Made by a program: the position numbers and the translations under genes. Source: an uncultured delta proteobacterium (GTDB taxonomy: Bacteria > Desulfobacterota > Binatia > UBA9968). Taken from it: a stretch of DNA of 64,000 nucleotides. Below the pieces are notes generated by a model. That model saw only the letters and a program-made list of their open reading frames with translations, was not told where the DNA came from and ran no database searches. Of this stretch, positions 1 to 11,051 are shown piece by piece. Where the stretch lies: the NCBI GenBank assembly GCA_963847445.1, contig CAWJZV010000046.1:352001-416000 (forward strand). The letters are read 5' to 3'. Every line of letters starts with the position of its first letter. The first letter of the stretch is position 1.

Positions 1-13
1 CGAATATCGATTC

Positions 14-83
14 GAAAGACGCAAAGTTCGCAAAGGAAAGCAAAACGAGTTTTCCGAACTTGGCGTCTTTGTGCCTTTGCGAT
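14..83. repeat. Imperfect inverted repeat built from ~9-nt CGCAAAG-containing units
   Basis: aaagacgcaaagttcgcaaagg pairs with cttggcgtctttgtgcctttgcg, downstream of the hydrolase gene. Confidence 0.55.
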
Positions 84-108
84 GAGATAATCGATTTCGA
101 TTCTTCGG

Positions 109-984
109 TTATTCTTCTTCACCGGGAAATATTTCCCCAGCCATTCATGCACGATATTGGTCAGGCGCGGATTCTCTTCGTTGAAGGTGAAATGATCGAC
201 GTCGGACAACAAGTGCAGCTCGGCCGGCTGCCGGGCTTTCTTGAACATCTCGATGGACTCGTAGGTCGGCGTCACCGAGTCGTTGGCGCTGTGGATGAGC
301 AGGAGCGGCCGCGGTGAAATGTTGCCGACCTGATCGTCGGCGCGGAAGTCGTTCATGCTCTGGGCGGTCTCGGCGGGGAACTCCATGATCGAGCCGTGGC
401 TCATGCGGTTGCGCAGCTTTTCCGGGATCGGCACGATGTCGTAGCGCGGCACCATGAGGGATTTGCCGGTCTGCTCGCGGTGGCGTTTGCCTTCTTCGAG
501 CATGGCGGTGAACTTCGCCCACTTCTCCGGCGCCGGGATGCTGGCCGCGGAATTTTCTTTCGCCGTCGCCCCAGCCGCCGCAGGAGATCACCGCGGCGAC
601 GCGCTTGTCGGCGCCGCCGGTGAATACCGCCACCGCGGCGCCGAAGCTGCTGCCGATGAGCGCGATGCGCGCGGGGTCGACCTCCGGCCGGGTCGCCAAG
701 TACGAGATCGCGTTGCGCGTGTCGGCGACTTGATCGAGGCAGATGATCCGGCCCCGTTCGCCTTCGCTCTCGCCGCAGCCGCGGAAGTCGAGCCGCAGCG
801 CGATGTAGCCCCATTGGCTCAGTTGCTTGGCGACGACTTTTTGGCCTTGGCCGTCCTTGTTGCCGCCAAAGCCATGCAGCGTGATGAACGCCGGCCGGCG
901 CTCGCCGGTTTTGTAGTCGGCCGGGGTGTCGACGAGACCGGCGATTTTCAATCCGTCGGATTGAAACGAAACTTTTTCTTCCAT
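109..984 (-). CDS. Alpha/beta-fold hydrolase (frameshift near 530; 3' end approximate)
   Basis: LHGFGG, LDFRGCGESEG and nucleophile GSSFG; C-terminus ...LLSDVDHFTF...WLGKYFP continues in another frame. Confidence 0.8.
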
Positions 985-988
985 TGGT

Positions 989-1441
989 CTAACTCCTCTT
1001 TTCTCGTCGCGGCAGCATCAAGCGGCAACGCCCGGTAAGTATCTGCTTGTCGTCTTGATTCATGCCAATTAGTTCGCACTCGATCCATGGATCGGTTGGA
1101 TCGGCGGATTTCTCGACGATCTTAGCGCCGAAGCGCATCAGATCGCCTTCGAAGGTCGAATAGGTCTGACGCACGGCGATTTTTCTGAGCCGGCCCTGGG
1201 GGCCGATCCAGTCGGTCAGCATGCGCATGAGCAGCGCCTGGCGGTAGGCGCCGCTGGCGATGAAGGTCTTGAGCCCATTGTGCTGGCGCACGTGATCGCG
1301 GTCGAAATGGAGTTGTTGCGAATTTTCCTGTAGGCCGGCCCAGCGCACCGTGTCGATGATGGTCAGCGGGCCATATTGGCGCTCCGGGATCGTGTCGCCG
1401 ATATGCACGTCTTCGAAACAGACGGGTTGGTGCAGTGCCAT
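989..1441 (-). CDS. MaoC-family (hotdog) dehydratase
   Basis: FEDVHIGDTIP, QLHFDRDH and IASG motifs; 150 aa. Confidence 0.8.
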   Translation of the reverse strand: MALHQPVCFEDVHIGDTIPERQYGPLTIIDTVRWAGLQENSQQLHFDRDHVRQHNGLKTFIASGAYRQALLMRMLTDWIGPQGRLRKIAVRQTYSTFEGDLMRFGAKIVEKSADPTDPWIECELIGMNQDDKQILTGRCRLMLPRREKRS

Positions 1442-1446
1442 GGGTT

Positions 1447-2578
1447 TTATCCTCGGACCGCTCCCGCCGCGGCAAAGGATTGTTGATCGCTTGAAGAGTA
1501 GCCCAACTGCGAAAGAATCTCACGGTTGTGTTCGCCGAGCCGCGGCGCCGCTGCCATTTCGCTTTTGCGCATGGTGGCGATGGCGCCCTGGGGAAACGTG
1601 ATAGTGCCGAATTGCCGATGCTCGATGCGCCGCAAAAATCCGCGCGCGATAAGTTGCGGATCATCGATTAAATCTAAAGTCGTCGATACCGGCGAGGCGG
1701 GGAAGTGGCGTTTTTGCGCTTCCTGCACCAGTTCATTCTTGGCATGTTGGCTGGCCCACGAAAGCACCCGGTCGAGAATAAAGTCGCGTCGTTTGATTTG
1801 GTTTTCTTCTTCCGCCAGTGACGCATCGGCCGCGAGTTCGGGATCGTTCACCCACTCGACGAATTTGTTCCAACGTCCCGGTCGATGGATCTGGCTGATG
1901 ACCCAATGGCCGTCTTTACAGGGCAGGGCGCCGGAAATGGCGGTAATCGCGCCCTTGCTGCCGCGCCGCTCGGTGACAACGCCGGAGAAGCTGTATTCGA
2001 CCATCGCTTGCTCGGCGAAGCTTTCCAATGCTTCGCGCAGCGACACGGTAACGATCAACCCTTTGCCGGTTTTCTTGGCGCTGCGCAGCGCCGCCGCCGT
2101 GGCGACGGCGACATAGATGCCGGTTGCCAATGCCGCGATATCGCCGCCCAAGACCATGGGAGATTGATCCGGTTGGCCGGTCAATGACATCAATCCGGAG
2201 CGCGCCATGGCGCAGATGTCAGGTTCTTCGTCTTCGATCTTGCTGTAAACGAGCTTAGTATTGGCGGCAATCAGCGCTGCGTCTTCGATGGCGAGCGGCG
2301 TGTTGGCGATCAAAACGTCGGCCTGCGCGACCAGGCGCAAGAATATCTCCCGGCCCGCGCTGGAGTCGAGATCGAGCGCCAGGCTTTTCTTGCCGGCGTT
2401 GAGAAAATGGTGGTAGGCGCTGCTCTCGCCGTTATTGCCACCGCCGAGCAGAGGTTCTCGGTAGCGCAAGGAGTCCTCGATTATGCCATTCGACGCGGAT
2501 CACTTCATGGCCGCTTTCGACGAACAAGCGCGAGGCGTAGGCGCCGGAGAGATCGGTAACTTCGATGATCCGAGCCAT
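1447..2578 (-). CDS. Class III (CaiB/BaiF) CoA-transferase subunit, probably non-catalytic (frameshift near 2480)
   Basis: MARIIEVTDLSGAYASRLF start at 2578; LNAGKKSLALDL, PCKDG and APRLGEHNREIL motifs. Confidence 0.8.
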
Positions 2579-2579
2579 A

Positions 2580-3116
2580 TTATTCTTTCGCCGCACCGGC
2601 GAGTTTGGCTGCGGGAAAAAGCGCCATCGTGTGGCGCCGGCGCATGACGGTTTCGCCGCCGGAGTTCAGGATCTGTTCCTCTTGGGTAATATAGATGCCC
2701 AACCCGGCGCGGCCCTGGCGCGCGACAATATCGACCAGACAGCTCTGCGTCAAAAGTGGCTCGCCGGGGTAGACCGGTTGGAGCCATTCGGTTTCTGAGC
2801 CGGCGTTGCGGACGTTGGTGTAGTTCGCCGGCACCGGGATCTGGCGCCGTAGATCGGGCGCTTCCGCGCTCGAGCCATCGGGATTTTCCCTGATGCTGAA
2901 CGGCACCCAGCCGACCAAAGCTGGCGGCAGAATCCGCCCTTGGTAACCCGCGGCCTTGGCATAGTCGTCGTCGCACCAGAGCGGATTGCGATCGCCTGTG
3001 GCATCGACATAGCGGCGGACATCCGACAGCGTCATGACGATCAACGGAGTCGGCGCCGTGGCGCGGCCGATCCAGTTCAACATCTCTGTGGTGATCAAAT
3101 CGCTGCCATCGGCCAT
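2580..3116 (-). CDS. MaoC-like N-terminal (FAS1-type) dehydratase-domain protein
   Basis: MADGSDLIT start overlaps the upstream stop (TGATG); VRRYVDATGDRNPLW and NAGSETEWLQPVYPGE. Confidence 0.8.
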   Translation of the reverse strand: MADGSDLITTEMLNWIGRATAPTPLIVMTLSDVRRYVDATGDRNPLWCDDDYAKAAGYQGRILPPALVGWVPFSIRENPDGSSAEAPDLRRQIPVPANYTNVRNAGSETEWLQPVYPGEPLLTQSCLVDIVARQGRAGLGIYITQEEQILNSGGETVMRRRHTMALFPAAKLAGAAKE

Positions 3117-4335
3117 CAGGTAAGCGCTCCTTGGTTGTCGAGCGACTTGAATCTCGTCCTGGGCGAGGCCCAGCCAGTCGCGCAGAACCTCGTCGCTGTG
3201 CTGGCCGAGCGCAGGGGCGGGCGAGGGCGCAGGGAAAGAGCCGGTGGAAAATCGAAATGGTAACCCGGTGGTGAGCATGGTGCCGACACGCGGTTCCGCC
3301 ATTTGGCGAAAAATCGTCGCGCCATCCGGTTGGTCGAGCAAATCATTGATGCGCCGCACCCGTTCGGCGCGAATGGCGCCGGCCTTGAGGGTTTGCTCCA
3401 CTGCAAGGTTTGAAAGTGGTCCGGTCCACTTATTTAATTGCTCGTCGATCTCGTCGTGCCATTGCCGGCGGCCGGAAACTGTCGCGAAGCGCTCCTGCGC
3501 TGCCCAGCTATCTTTGCCGATGATCCGTCCGAGGGAGCGCCACTGGTCGTCAGTTCGCACGCTGACGGCGCACCAGTTGTCGGTGCCGGCGCAGCGATAA
3601 ACCCCCTGGGGCGCAAAGCGCGCCGAGCGGTTGCCCATGCGCGGCGGATTCCGGCCGGTAACGGCGCTGGCCAAGAGCAACGGCGCGATCATCGCAACGC
3701 TGCACTCGAACTGGCTCAGGTCGAGCCGGGTGCCGATGCCGCTCAGACCGCGTTCGTCGAGCGCCTGAACAATCGCGACGCAGGCGTGCAGTCCGCCGAT
3801 GTAATCATTCCAAGAATTCGAGATCGCCGTCGGCGGATCGCCTTCGGCGCCGGTGACGGTCATCAGGCCGCTGTAGCCCTGGAGATTCATGTTCATGCTC
3901 GTCCAGCCGCGTCTCGGGCCGTCATGGCCGTATCCTGACATGCTCACGGAGATGATCCCGTGATTGCGCGAACGCAGAGTCTCATAGCCGAGACCGAGCC
4001 GGTCCATCACCCCGGCGCTAAAATTCTCCACCACGACATCGGCCCGCGCCGCGAGTTCGACCGCGGTCTGTTGGCCGCTCGGGTGTTTCAGATCGATGGC
4101 GATGGAGCGCTTGTTGCGGTTGGTATTCAAATAAGAAGCGTGGCGGCCGTCTGTTGCCGATGTGAGCCGATGGCCAGGGATGATCCGGATGTTTGCTGCT
4201 TTCGACGCGCACGACATCCGCGCCGAGGTCGGCCAAGAGCCGGGTGCAGAAGGGCCCCGCCAGCACATGGGTAAAATCCAGGACGCGCACTCCGGCGAGC
4301 GGCGCGGCGTCGTTCGATGAGCTGCGATCGGTCAT
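3116..4335 (-). CDS. Class III (CaiB/BaiF) CoA-transferase (frameshifts near 4155 and 3148)
   Basis: [47 protein letters not shown] and catalytic-Asp region SWNDYIGG. Confidence 0.88.
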
Positions 4336-4340
4336 TGAGT

Positions 4341-5301
4341 TTACCGAAGGTTGAGTTCCTTTTGTGCTTGCTGCAACAGCGCGCGGCTCGCCACTTGGGT
4401 CAAGGGAATCTCTTTCTTGAGATTGCCGCGATCCAATTCGTATTGAATCAAATCCTGCAGTGCCTGATCGGGCAGAGCGCCGTCGGCGCTGTAGCATGGC
4501 AGGTAATTTTCAAAGGCCGCGCGCGTGATGGCGAGGTCGAGCTTCAACCACTTGGCGGCGATGTTGATGGTTTCCTCGGGCTGCTCGCGAATGAAGCGCA
4601 GCGCTTCGATGCTGGCTTTGATCGTGCGCTTTACTTTGTCCGGCGCCGTTTTGAGCTGCTTGTCGGTGGTCACCATGGCGTTTTGCAATAGCGGCACGTG
4701 ATCGCGGCTCCAGAGCAGCACCTTGTAGCCGCGCTTGGCGCCGAAGATATCGGCGGGCGAGGAGACGAAGGCGGCGTCGACCTTGCCGCCATCCATGGCG
4801 GCGATGCGGGCGGTGTTGTCGCCGCCGGGGATGAGATTGATATCTTTACCGGGTTCCATGCCGTAACGGCGCAGCAGAGTTATCGAGGTCAAGTAGAGCT
4901 GGCTGCCGAAAGTGCTGATGCCGATGGTTTTGCCGCGCAGGTCGGTGAGCTTTTGCACGTTGGCTTTGACCAGGAGCAGATAGCCGAGCTTGTCCTGGGT
5001 GGTCATCACCAATTTGATCGGCAGTCCTTTGATGGCGCCGGCGATGCCCGGGCCGGTGCAGACCGCGAAGTCGAGATCGTCCGGAGAGCAGCGCATTGGT
5101 GGCGATGGCACAGGGCACCAGCACATGCTCGGATTGGATGCCGTGCTTGGCATAGAAGGCTTTTTTTTCAGCGATGATGGTTGGCAAAAAACCCAGCGAG
5201 ATGGCGGAAATGCCGATGCGGATTTTTTCTTGGGCGGCAACCTCGCGGTAACCGCACAAGCAGTAAAGCGAAATCAGCAGGAAAATTAATTGCCGTTTCA
5301 T
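4341..5301 (-). CDS. NMT1/SsuA/THI5-like ABC substrate-binding protein (frameshift near 5085)
   Basis: Signal peptide MKRQLIFLL; [14 protein letters not shown] and GKVDAA. Confidence 0.8.
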
Positions 5302-6311
5302 GGCTTCTCCAAACGCGCGAAAAATCCCTCTTGGTCGAGTTCCCGGATCAATGACGCGTCGACGAAATCGCCGACTTTCATCGATTCGAGCTTGGCGATG
5401 GTGCCGCGCAGATCTTCGATGCTCGCTTGCACCGAATCTTCCCGCGGCCAGGGCTTGGCCGGGATCGCGTCGAGCAGTTGGGCTCGATAGGTGAACTCCA
5501 AGAGCTTGGGATTGTTCGGCAGCCGCATGTACTTGCGGAATACTTGGTACGCCAGGTCGCGGTTCTTGCGGCCCAGCGCGATCGCTTCGCTATAGGCCAT
5601 GAAGAACGCCTTCAAGCGCGGCCGCAACTCTTTGATCACCTGCCGGGTGGTGTTGATTTCGCTGCCCGGCGCGGCCACGCCAAAGTCTTTGGGCTCGCCT
5701 AGGATCGTGAGTTTTTGCGCGCCGCTTTCCGTGACTTGAAAGACTTTGTCCGACTCGCCAATGGTGGCGTCGATCTTGCCTTGGAAAATCAGCTGAAGTC
5801 GTTTATCCGATTCGCTGACTCCGGTTGGAATCAGGCTCACGTCTTTGCCCGGCGTCAAGCCAATCTTGGCGAGAATCCGGCGCAGCAGAAAATCGGTGCC
5901 GGCGCCGATGCGGCTGCTGCCGACGATCTTGCCTTTGAGGTCGTCGGGCGATTTGATCGAAGCGAGCGCGACGAATTGATAGGGCAGGGCGCCGTTGGTG
6001 GCCACCGTGACGATGGGCGCGCCGCGGCCAGCGGCGGCGACCACGCCGGAACTCGAGTCGGTGGTCAGATGCACGTCGCCGGCGAGCAAGGCGGTCAGCG
6101 ATACGTTGCCGGCGGCGATGTTGACCAGCTTTACATCCAAGCCGTATTTCTCGTAGAGGCCGAGATCCTTGGCGATCCAAAACGGCGCGCGATTACCCGT
6201 CACCGAGCTGTAGGAAACGATCAACGGATCGAGCCGTTTTTCCTGCGTAGCGGCATGCTGTGCAAGCGCCGGTATAATCACGAAGATGACGGCAATCGTC
6301 CATCGCAGCAT
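5298..6311 (-). CDS. NMT1/SsuA/THI5-like ABC substrate-binding protein
   Basis: Signal peptide; WIAKDLGLYEKYGLDV and DLKGKIVGSSRIGAG. Confidence 0.85.
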   Translation of the reverse strand: MLRWTIAVIFVIIPALAQHAATQEKRLDPLIVSYSSVTGNRAPFWIAKDLGLYEKYGLDVKLVNIAAGNVSLTALLAGDVHLTTDSSSGVVAAAGRGAPIVTVATNGALPYQFVALASIKSPDDLKGKIVGSSRIGAGTDFLLRRILAKIGLTPGKDVSLIPTGVSESDKRLQLIFQGKIDATIGESDKVFQVTESGAQKLTILGEPKDFGVAAPGSEINTTRQVIKELRPRLKAFFMAYSEAIALGRKNRDLAYQVFRKYMRLPNNPKLLEFTYRAQLLDAIPAKPWPREDSVQASIEDLRGTIAKLESMKVGDFVDASLIRELDQEGFFARLEKP

Positions 6312-6355
6312 CTAATCGTACCTCGCTGATTGGATTGAGTTCACGCTATGCTTGC

Positions 6356-7573
6356 TCATCCCCACGGACCGAGAAACGGCTCGCCGGCGTAGGCGTCGGA
6401 GTTCGCCTCCAAGGTTGCCGGCCAGTCGCTCATGGGTTTCGGCTGGCGCAGTTCTTTGGGGCGAGGTTTGCCGTCCCAGCCAATCTGTTCCATGGCGCAG
6501 TAAAGTTGGATTGTGTGGCCGTCGGGATCGCTGGCGTGGGCGGCGAGATCGATGCCGGGGTGAAGCTCGCTGGGAATCGCATCCATGACTTTCACGCCTT
6601 GGCCGCGTAGAAATGCCACGGCATCCTTGAGTTGGCGGTAATTGGCGAGCTGGAGGCCGAGGGCGGCGTTTTTGCTGTGGCCGCTCAGACCCAACGGCGC
6701 GCGCGCAGCGGTGGGAAAGAGCGCCAGCGAGTGATGTTCGGTATTGCAACGAAAGAACAGACAGCGATGGCCTTGCCAGATGACTTCCTCGGTCAGCGTA
6801 AAGCCCATGCGTTGGCGATAAAATTTTTCAGCCGCTGCCATATCGTCGGCGAACAGATACACCGGACCCAAGCGGACGATCTTGAAGGGGCGCGGCAGGA
6901 GGATGCCGTCGACATCGAAGCTCGCCGGAAGATTATCGACATGGCGGAAGCCGGTGGTCGGGTCGATGCCTTTGGCTTTGGCCTGCTCGACTTCGTCGAA
7001 CTCGGAGATTTGCGGCAGCTCGGGCGGCTTGTCGAAAGCGCGGTCGTACATGCTCTTGGGTTTGCTGTAACCGTCCCAGCCGATCTGTTCGATGCCGTAG
7101 TAAAGTTCGTTGCTGTGGCCGTCGGGATCGAGCAGGTAGGTGTGCCAGTTGGAGCCCGGCATGTCGCGGCCGGAGCGCTGCTGCTTGATGCCATGTTCGT
7201 TGAACCATTGGATCGCCATGCCGACTTCGCGCATGCTGCCGACCTGCCAGGTGATCTGATTGATCGTCACGCCCGGCGCTTCGGCGCGGCCCAGGGCATC
7301 GCGCACGCGCTTGGGAAAGAGCACCATGGCATGATGATCGCCGCCGTAGCGGGTAAAATAACCGTTGGGATCGCCCAGGCCGGCGACCTGTTCCGGGCTC
7401 TTGGCGCGGCGCGAGTAGTCCATGACATCGGAGACTTTGAAGCCCAACAGGTCGACGTAGAAACGCCGCCCTGCTTCCATGTTCGCCAGATTGAAACCGA
7501 AATGACCGAGCCGGCGAATCTTGAACGGCCGGTCGAGCACGACGCCGCCGACATTGAATTTTCCCTCTGCCAT
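6356..7573 (-). CDS. Two-domain VOC / extradiol-dioxygenase-like protein
   Basis: Duplicated RPFKI(R/V)RLG...HH...DPDGH modules; 405 aa. Confidence 0.8.
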   Translation of the reverse strand: MAEGKFNVGGVVLDRPFKIRRLGHFGFNLANMEAGRRFYVDLLGFKVSDVMDYSRRAKSPEQVAGLGDPNGYFTRYGGDHHAMVLFPKRVRDALGRAEAPGVTINQITWQVGSMREVGMAIQWFNEHGIKQQRSGRDMPGSNWHTYLLDPDGHSNELYYGIEQIGWDGYSKPKSMYDRAFDKPPELPQISEFDEVEQAKAKGIDPTTGFRHVDNLPASFDVDGILLPRPFKIVRLGPVYLFADDMAAAEKFYRQRMGFTLTEEVIWQGHRCLFFRCNTEHHSLALFPTAARAPLGLSGHSKNAALGLQLANYRQLKDAVAFLRGQGVKVMDAIPSELHPGIDLAAHASDPDGHTIQLYCAMEQIGWDGKPRPKELRQPKPMSDWPATLEANSDAYAGEPFLGPWG

Positions 7574-7776
7574 GCGATGCCTCCCTGGAATGTCCGGCCC
7601 TCTCTATACAATCTTTCGTTGCCGCCTACAACGTGAATCGGCGCCAATGAGCCGACATGATGGGCGTTAGGCAAAATTCTAACTTGCAAGCGTCAAGGCG
7701 GTGGAATATCTATAGGATAGCGAAAGCAATATTCGACGATTTTTCACGACACTGCGGTTCCAACCAAGGAGGATTT

Positions 7777-8634
7777 ATGTCACTGCAAGAAATGCACAGC
7801 AACGGCAAGATTCAATGGCCCGGCGATGCCCGCATCGCGGTGCTGTTAAGCTTTGACTTTCAAGGCGGCGAAGATGTCCGACCCGACAAGAACGGCAAGA
7901 TCAACCATGAGGAGTATACCCAGGCTGAATATGGTCCCCAAACCGGCATCTATCGGATTCTGCGTATACTCGCAGCCCACGAAGTGAAGGCGACTTTTCT
8001 CACCTGCGGCGGGATCGCCGAACGCTATCCGGAAGCGGTGACGGCGATTGTCGCGGCCGGCCATGAAGTGGCGGGCCATGGCTATCATCACGAGGTGGCG
8101 CGCGATCTCACCAGAGACGAAGAGCGCGACGTCATGAAGCGCACCACCGACATGATTGTCAACCGGGCGCAGAAGCGGCCGGTGGGCTGGCGTTCCTGTA
8201 CCCAGAGTCCCAATAGCATCGAGCTCTTGATGGAGCAGGGCTACCTGTGGAACAGCAATTCGTTCTCTCACGATCTGCCGTTTGTCTGGCAGAACGGCAA
8301 GAAAAAGCTCGTCGAGCTGCCGCGCCAGCCCTTTGGCGACGGCCGCGCCTACGGCCATCGCGACTCAGGCAACCCCAACGATACCTTGGCGATCTGGAAA
8401 GGGATGTTCGACCAGTTCTACGAAGAGTCGAGTCTGGCGCCGACCTTTTGTCCGTTTCAGTTCCACCCGTATATATCGAGCCGCGCCGGCCGCGCCAAGA
8501 CCTTGTCCGATATCATCGGCCATATGAAGTCGCATAAAGGCGTGTGGTTTGCGACCGGCAGTGAGATCGCCCATTGGTGGCTGGAGAAGGGCTTCTCGGC
8601 GGAGGTGAACGCCAAGATTTCGAAAGTCGCGTAG
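7777..8634 (+). CDS. Polysaccharide deacetylase (PuuE/allantoinase-like) family protein
   Basis: RBS aaggagg; WPGDARIAVLLSFDF, GHEVAGHGYHH and FHPY. Confidence 0.8.
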   Translation: MSLQEMHSNGKIQWPGDARIAVLLSFDFQGGEDVRPDKNGKINHEEYTQAEYGPQTGIYRILRILAAHEVKATFLTCGGIAERYPEAVTAIVAAGHEVAGHGYHHEVARDLTRDEERDVMKRTTDMIVNRAQKRPVGWRSCTQSPNSIELLMEQGYLWNSNSFSHDLPFVWQNGKKKLVELPRQPFGDGRAYGHRDSGNPNDTLAIWKGMFDQFYEESSLAPTFCPFQFHPYISSRAGRAKTLSDIIGHMKSHKGVWFATGSEIAHWWLEKGFSAEVNAKISKVA

Positions 8635-8698
8635 GGATTGGAGAATAAATGCTGGGTAGGGGCGGAACAGCATCATTACTCCGCCCCATACTCCACTT

Positions 8699-9247
8699 TC
8701 ACCCTCTGAACCAGTAGCGGATTTTCTTGCGCAGTCCACGTCCCATCCGTTTCTTCAATTCGAACCAGAGCCGTAAAGACCAGTTGCGCGCCGACCAGGC
8801 GATCGATGTCGAAGTCGTGATCCACTGGTGGTTGAATTCAAAATTGGCTTTGAATTTTCTGATCTGCAGGGTTTTACCGAACTTGCGTTTAAAGATAGCT
8901 TTGACGCTGATGGCGTTGCGCGACTCGACGAATACGGTGATGGTCTCCACCGGCAGGAGGGCGCGGATGCGGCTGATCTTTTGCGTCAAACCAATCTCGT
9001 TGTTGGCGCTAACCTCGACGATGTTGCCGATGAGTTCCGGATCTTGCAGTTTGCGGTCGACGAGTTCCCGGCGCAGTTTGATTTCCTGCCCGTGGTCGAT
9101 GTCATAGCCAGCCAAGACCAAATAGGTCTTGTGCTTGGTGGTTTGCATCGACTTTTGCCACCAGTCGAGAGCGCGCTCCACGCATGACCGCGAGGCCTGC
9201 GACAACCGCTGTGGATCCAAGACGCCGTAGGGCATGGCGACGATCAC
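8699..9247 (-). CDS. Hypothetical protein
   Basis: 182-aa ORF with upstream AAGGAG; start uncertain. Confidence 0.55.
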   Translation of the reverse strand: MIVAMPYGVLDPQRLSQASRSCVERALDWWQKSMQTTKHKTYLVLAGYDIDHGQEIKLRRELVDRKLQDPELIGNIVEVSANNEIGLTQKISRIRALLPVETITVFVESRNAISVKAIFKRKFGKTLQIRKFKANFEFNHQWITTSTSIAWSARNWSLRLWFELKKRMGRGLRKKIRYWFRG

Positions 9248-9292
9248 GATAGCAATGGTGGGTTCTCCTTCACGCTCGGGCTAACGAAAAAA

Positions 9293-9367
9293 GGAGTAAT
9301 GGAGTGTTGGAGTACTGGAGTGATGGGGGAAGACCAACACTCCAATACTCCATTATTCCATCACTCC
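9293..9367. repeat. Octamer-period (GGAGTRNT)x4 inverted-repeat hairpin
   Basis: ggagtaat ggagtgtt ggagtact ggagtgat / aacactcc aatactcc attattcc atcactcc. Confidence 0.85.
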
Positions 9368-9371
9368 CGTC

Positions 9372-9995
9372 CTATTCCTCGTAGATCATGACGTCGACCG
9401 GTTTACCGCCGACGGCGAGATCGGGACAGGCGCTCAGCGCTACCAGTAAATCCATCTCGGCGCGCAGATCCATATAGTTGCCTTCCGGCGGGCGCACTTG
9501 AGTATGTTCCATCTTGCCGGTTTTGCCGTCGATGATCATATGCTGGTTCAAGTTGAACGGGCTCGGTATATCTTCAGGAATGATGCCGTAGGATGCGACC
9601 GCTTTCGACAGGTTCTCATAGCAGCCGTGATCGGGGATTTCCTTGATATCGCGCGGGTAATATTCCGCCAGGCGATTTTCCTGCTGCGCCAGCTTGAAGC
9701 GGTAGCCGCTGCACATGCCTTTCTGTAAATCATGGGTGCCGACTCGGTTGCCGTCGTAGACGATCGTCATCATATGCTGGTTGTTGCGCCCCATGAGCTT
9801 GTCGCCGGTGCTGATGAACAGCTTCATGTTGTAAACCTTGGTGCGCGGCTGGTCGAAGCGTTCAATCAAGTTTTGCAATTTGAAGAAAACAAAATCCACG
9901 GTGGTGGTCGCCGTGATGCGAATCACCTGGCCTTGTTTCATTTCGGCGGCCCAGCCGGTGTTGTGCGGCACATGGTTTTGCAGGATGTTGTTCAT
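9372..9995 (-). CDS. Urea-carboxylase-associated DUF1989 family protein
   Basis: HDLQKGMCS, HGCYENL, DIPSPFNL and LRAEMDLLVALSACP. Confidence 0.85.
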   Translation of the reverse strand: MNNILQNHVPHNTGWAAEMKQGQVIRITATTTVDFVFFKLQNLIERFDQPRTKVYNMKLFISTGDKLMGRNNQHMMTIVYDGNRVGTHDLQKGMCSGYRFKLAQQENRLAEYYPRDIKEIPDHGCYENLSKAVASYGIIPEDIPSPFNLNQHMIIDGKTGKMEHTQVRPPEGNYMDLRAEMDLLVALSACPDLAVGGKPVDVMIYEE

Positions 9996-10024
9996 CGCTA
10001 ACCTTCTCCTTTGCCGATGGGAAA

Positions 10025-11051
10025 TTAACGCGACTTGTAAAGCGCGTCGATAAAGCCGCTGCTGACCAGCTCGCGGATGAAGCGGGATTCGGCAAAACGC
10101 GCCGGCGTGGTGCCGGCCGGGATTGCGCGCGAGGCGGACAATTCTTCGAGAATGGTTTGTATGCCCGCGGCGGTGGCTTCGGGGGCGCGCTTAAAATACT
10201 TGCCGGCATAGATTTCGTAGATTTTCTCCGCCGCCGGCGTGGTCTTTTGCTTGGTATACTTTTCCAGCACCGCCAAGGCCGCCGCCTTGTCGGACTTAAA
10301 GCGGTGAATGCCCTCGACATAGGCTTTCATGAAGCGCGATACCAAGTCTGGCTGGCTCTTCAAAAACGCTTGGCGGGCGGCGAACGGGCCGAAGGGGTAG
10401 ACCAGGCCGGATGTGGAGACATCGGCCAAGCGCACGAAGCCCGAGGCTTCGGCGCTGATGGTTTCGGGACCGGTGGAGAGCACGCCGCTTTGCACCGAGC
10501 CGCCTTTGATCGCGGCGAAGATTTGCGGCCCCGAGCCGGTTTGAAAAATCGCCACGTCTTTGTCCGGCTGCAAATGCCATTTCTTGAGCAAATAGCGGGC
10601 GACGAAATCGGTGGTTGCGCCGATGCGGCTGACGCCGAGTTTGCTGCCTTTCAACTGTTCGGGGGTTTTGATGCGTCGGCACCGACCACAGTTCGAATGG
10701 CAAGGCGTCTATGGTCGCGCCGAGCAGCACTACATCCGAGCCTTGGAGATTGGCCGCCACCGTGGCGCCGCCGGCGGTAAACGAGATCGCCACGTCGCCG
10801 GCGATGAGCGCTTGCAACGACGGCGGTCCGCCGGCGATGTAAATGAACTCGGGCTCGATATTGTATTTCTTAAAGATGCCGGCTTCCTTGGTCAGCCAGA
10901 GCGGGCCGTAGACCACGGCGATCGACGTGTAGGCGATGCGCAACGCTTCCGCGCCCACCGGAGCGGCGCAGGCCAAACCTATCAGGGCCACGGCGATCCA
11001 GGTTCGCGCCGCGGCGAAACTTTGTCCGAGGGTTTTTTCAATTTGGCTCAT
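10025..11051 (-). CDS. NMT1/SsuA-like ABC substrate-binding protein (frameshift near 10672)
   Basis: WLTKEAGIFKKYNIE and LKGSKLGVSRIGA. Confidence 0.8.

Noticed and set aside
2580-4268. Apparent CoA-transferase-MaoC fusion (562-aa ORF)
   Set aside because: An indel near 3148 explains it; the alternative frame ends [10 protein letters not shown] with a stop overlapping the next ATG
6632-7636. Long antisense ORFs (also 14476-15303, 18239-19117, 29517-30434)
   Set aside because: Shadow frames of GC-rich genes with no recognisable motifs
9293-9367. CRISPR array
   Set aside because: Units are 8 nt with no spacers, and no cas genes are in the window
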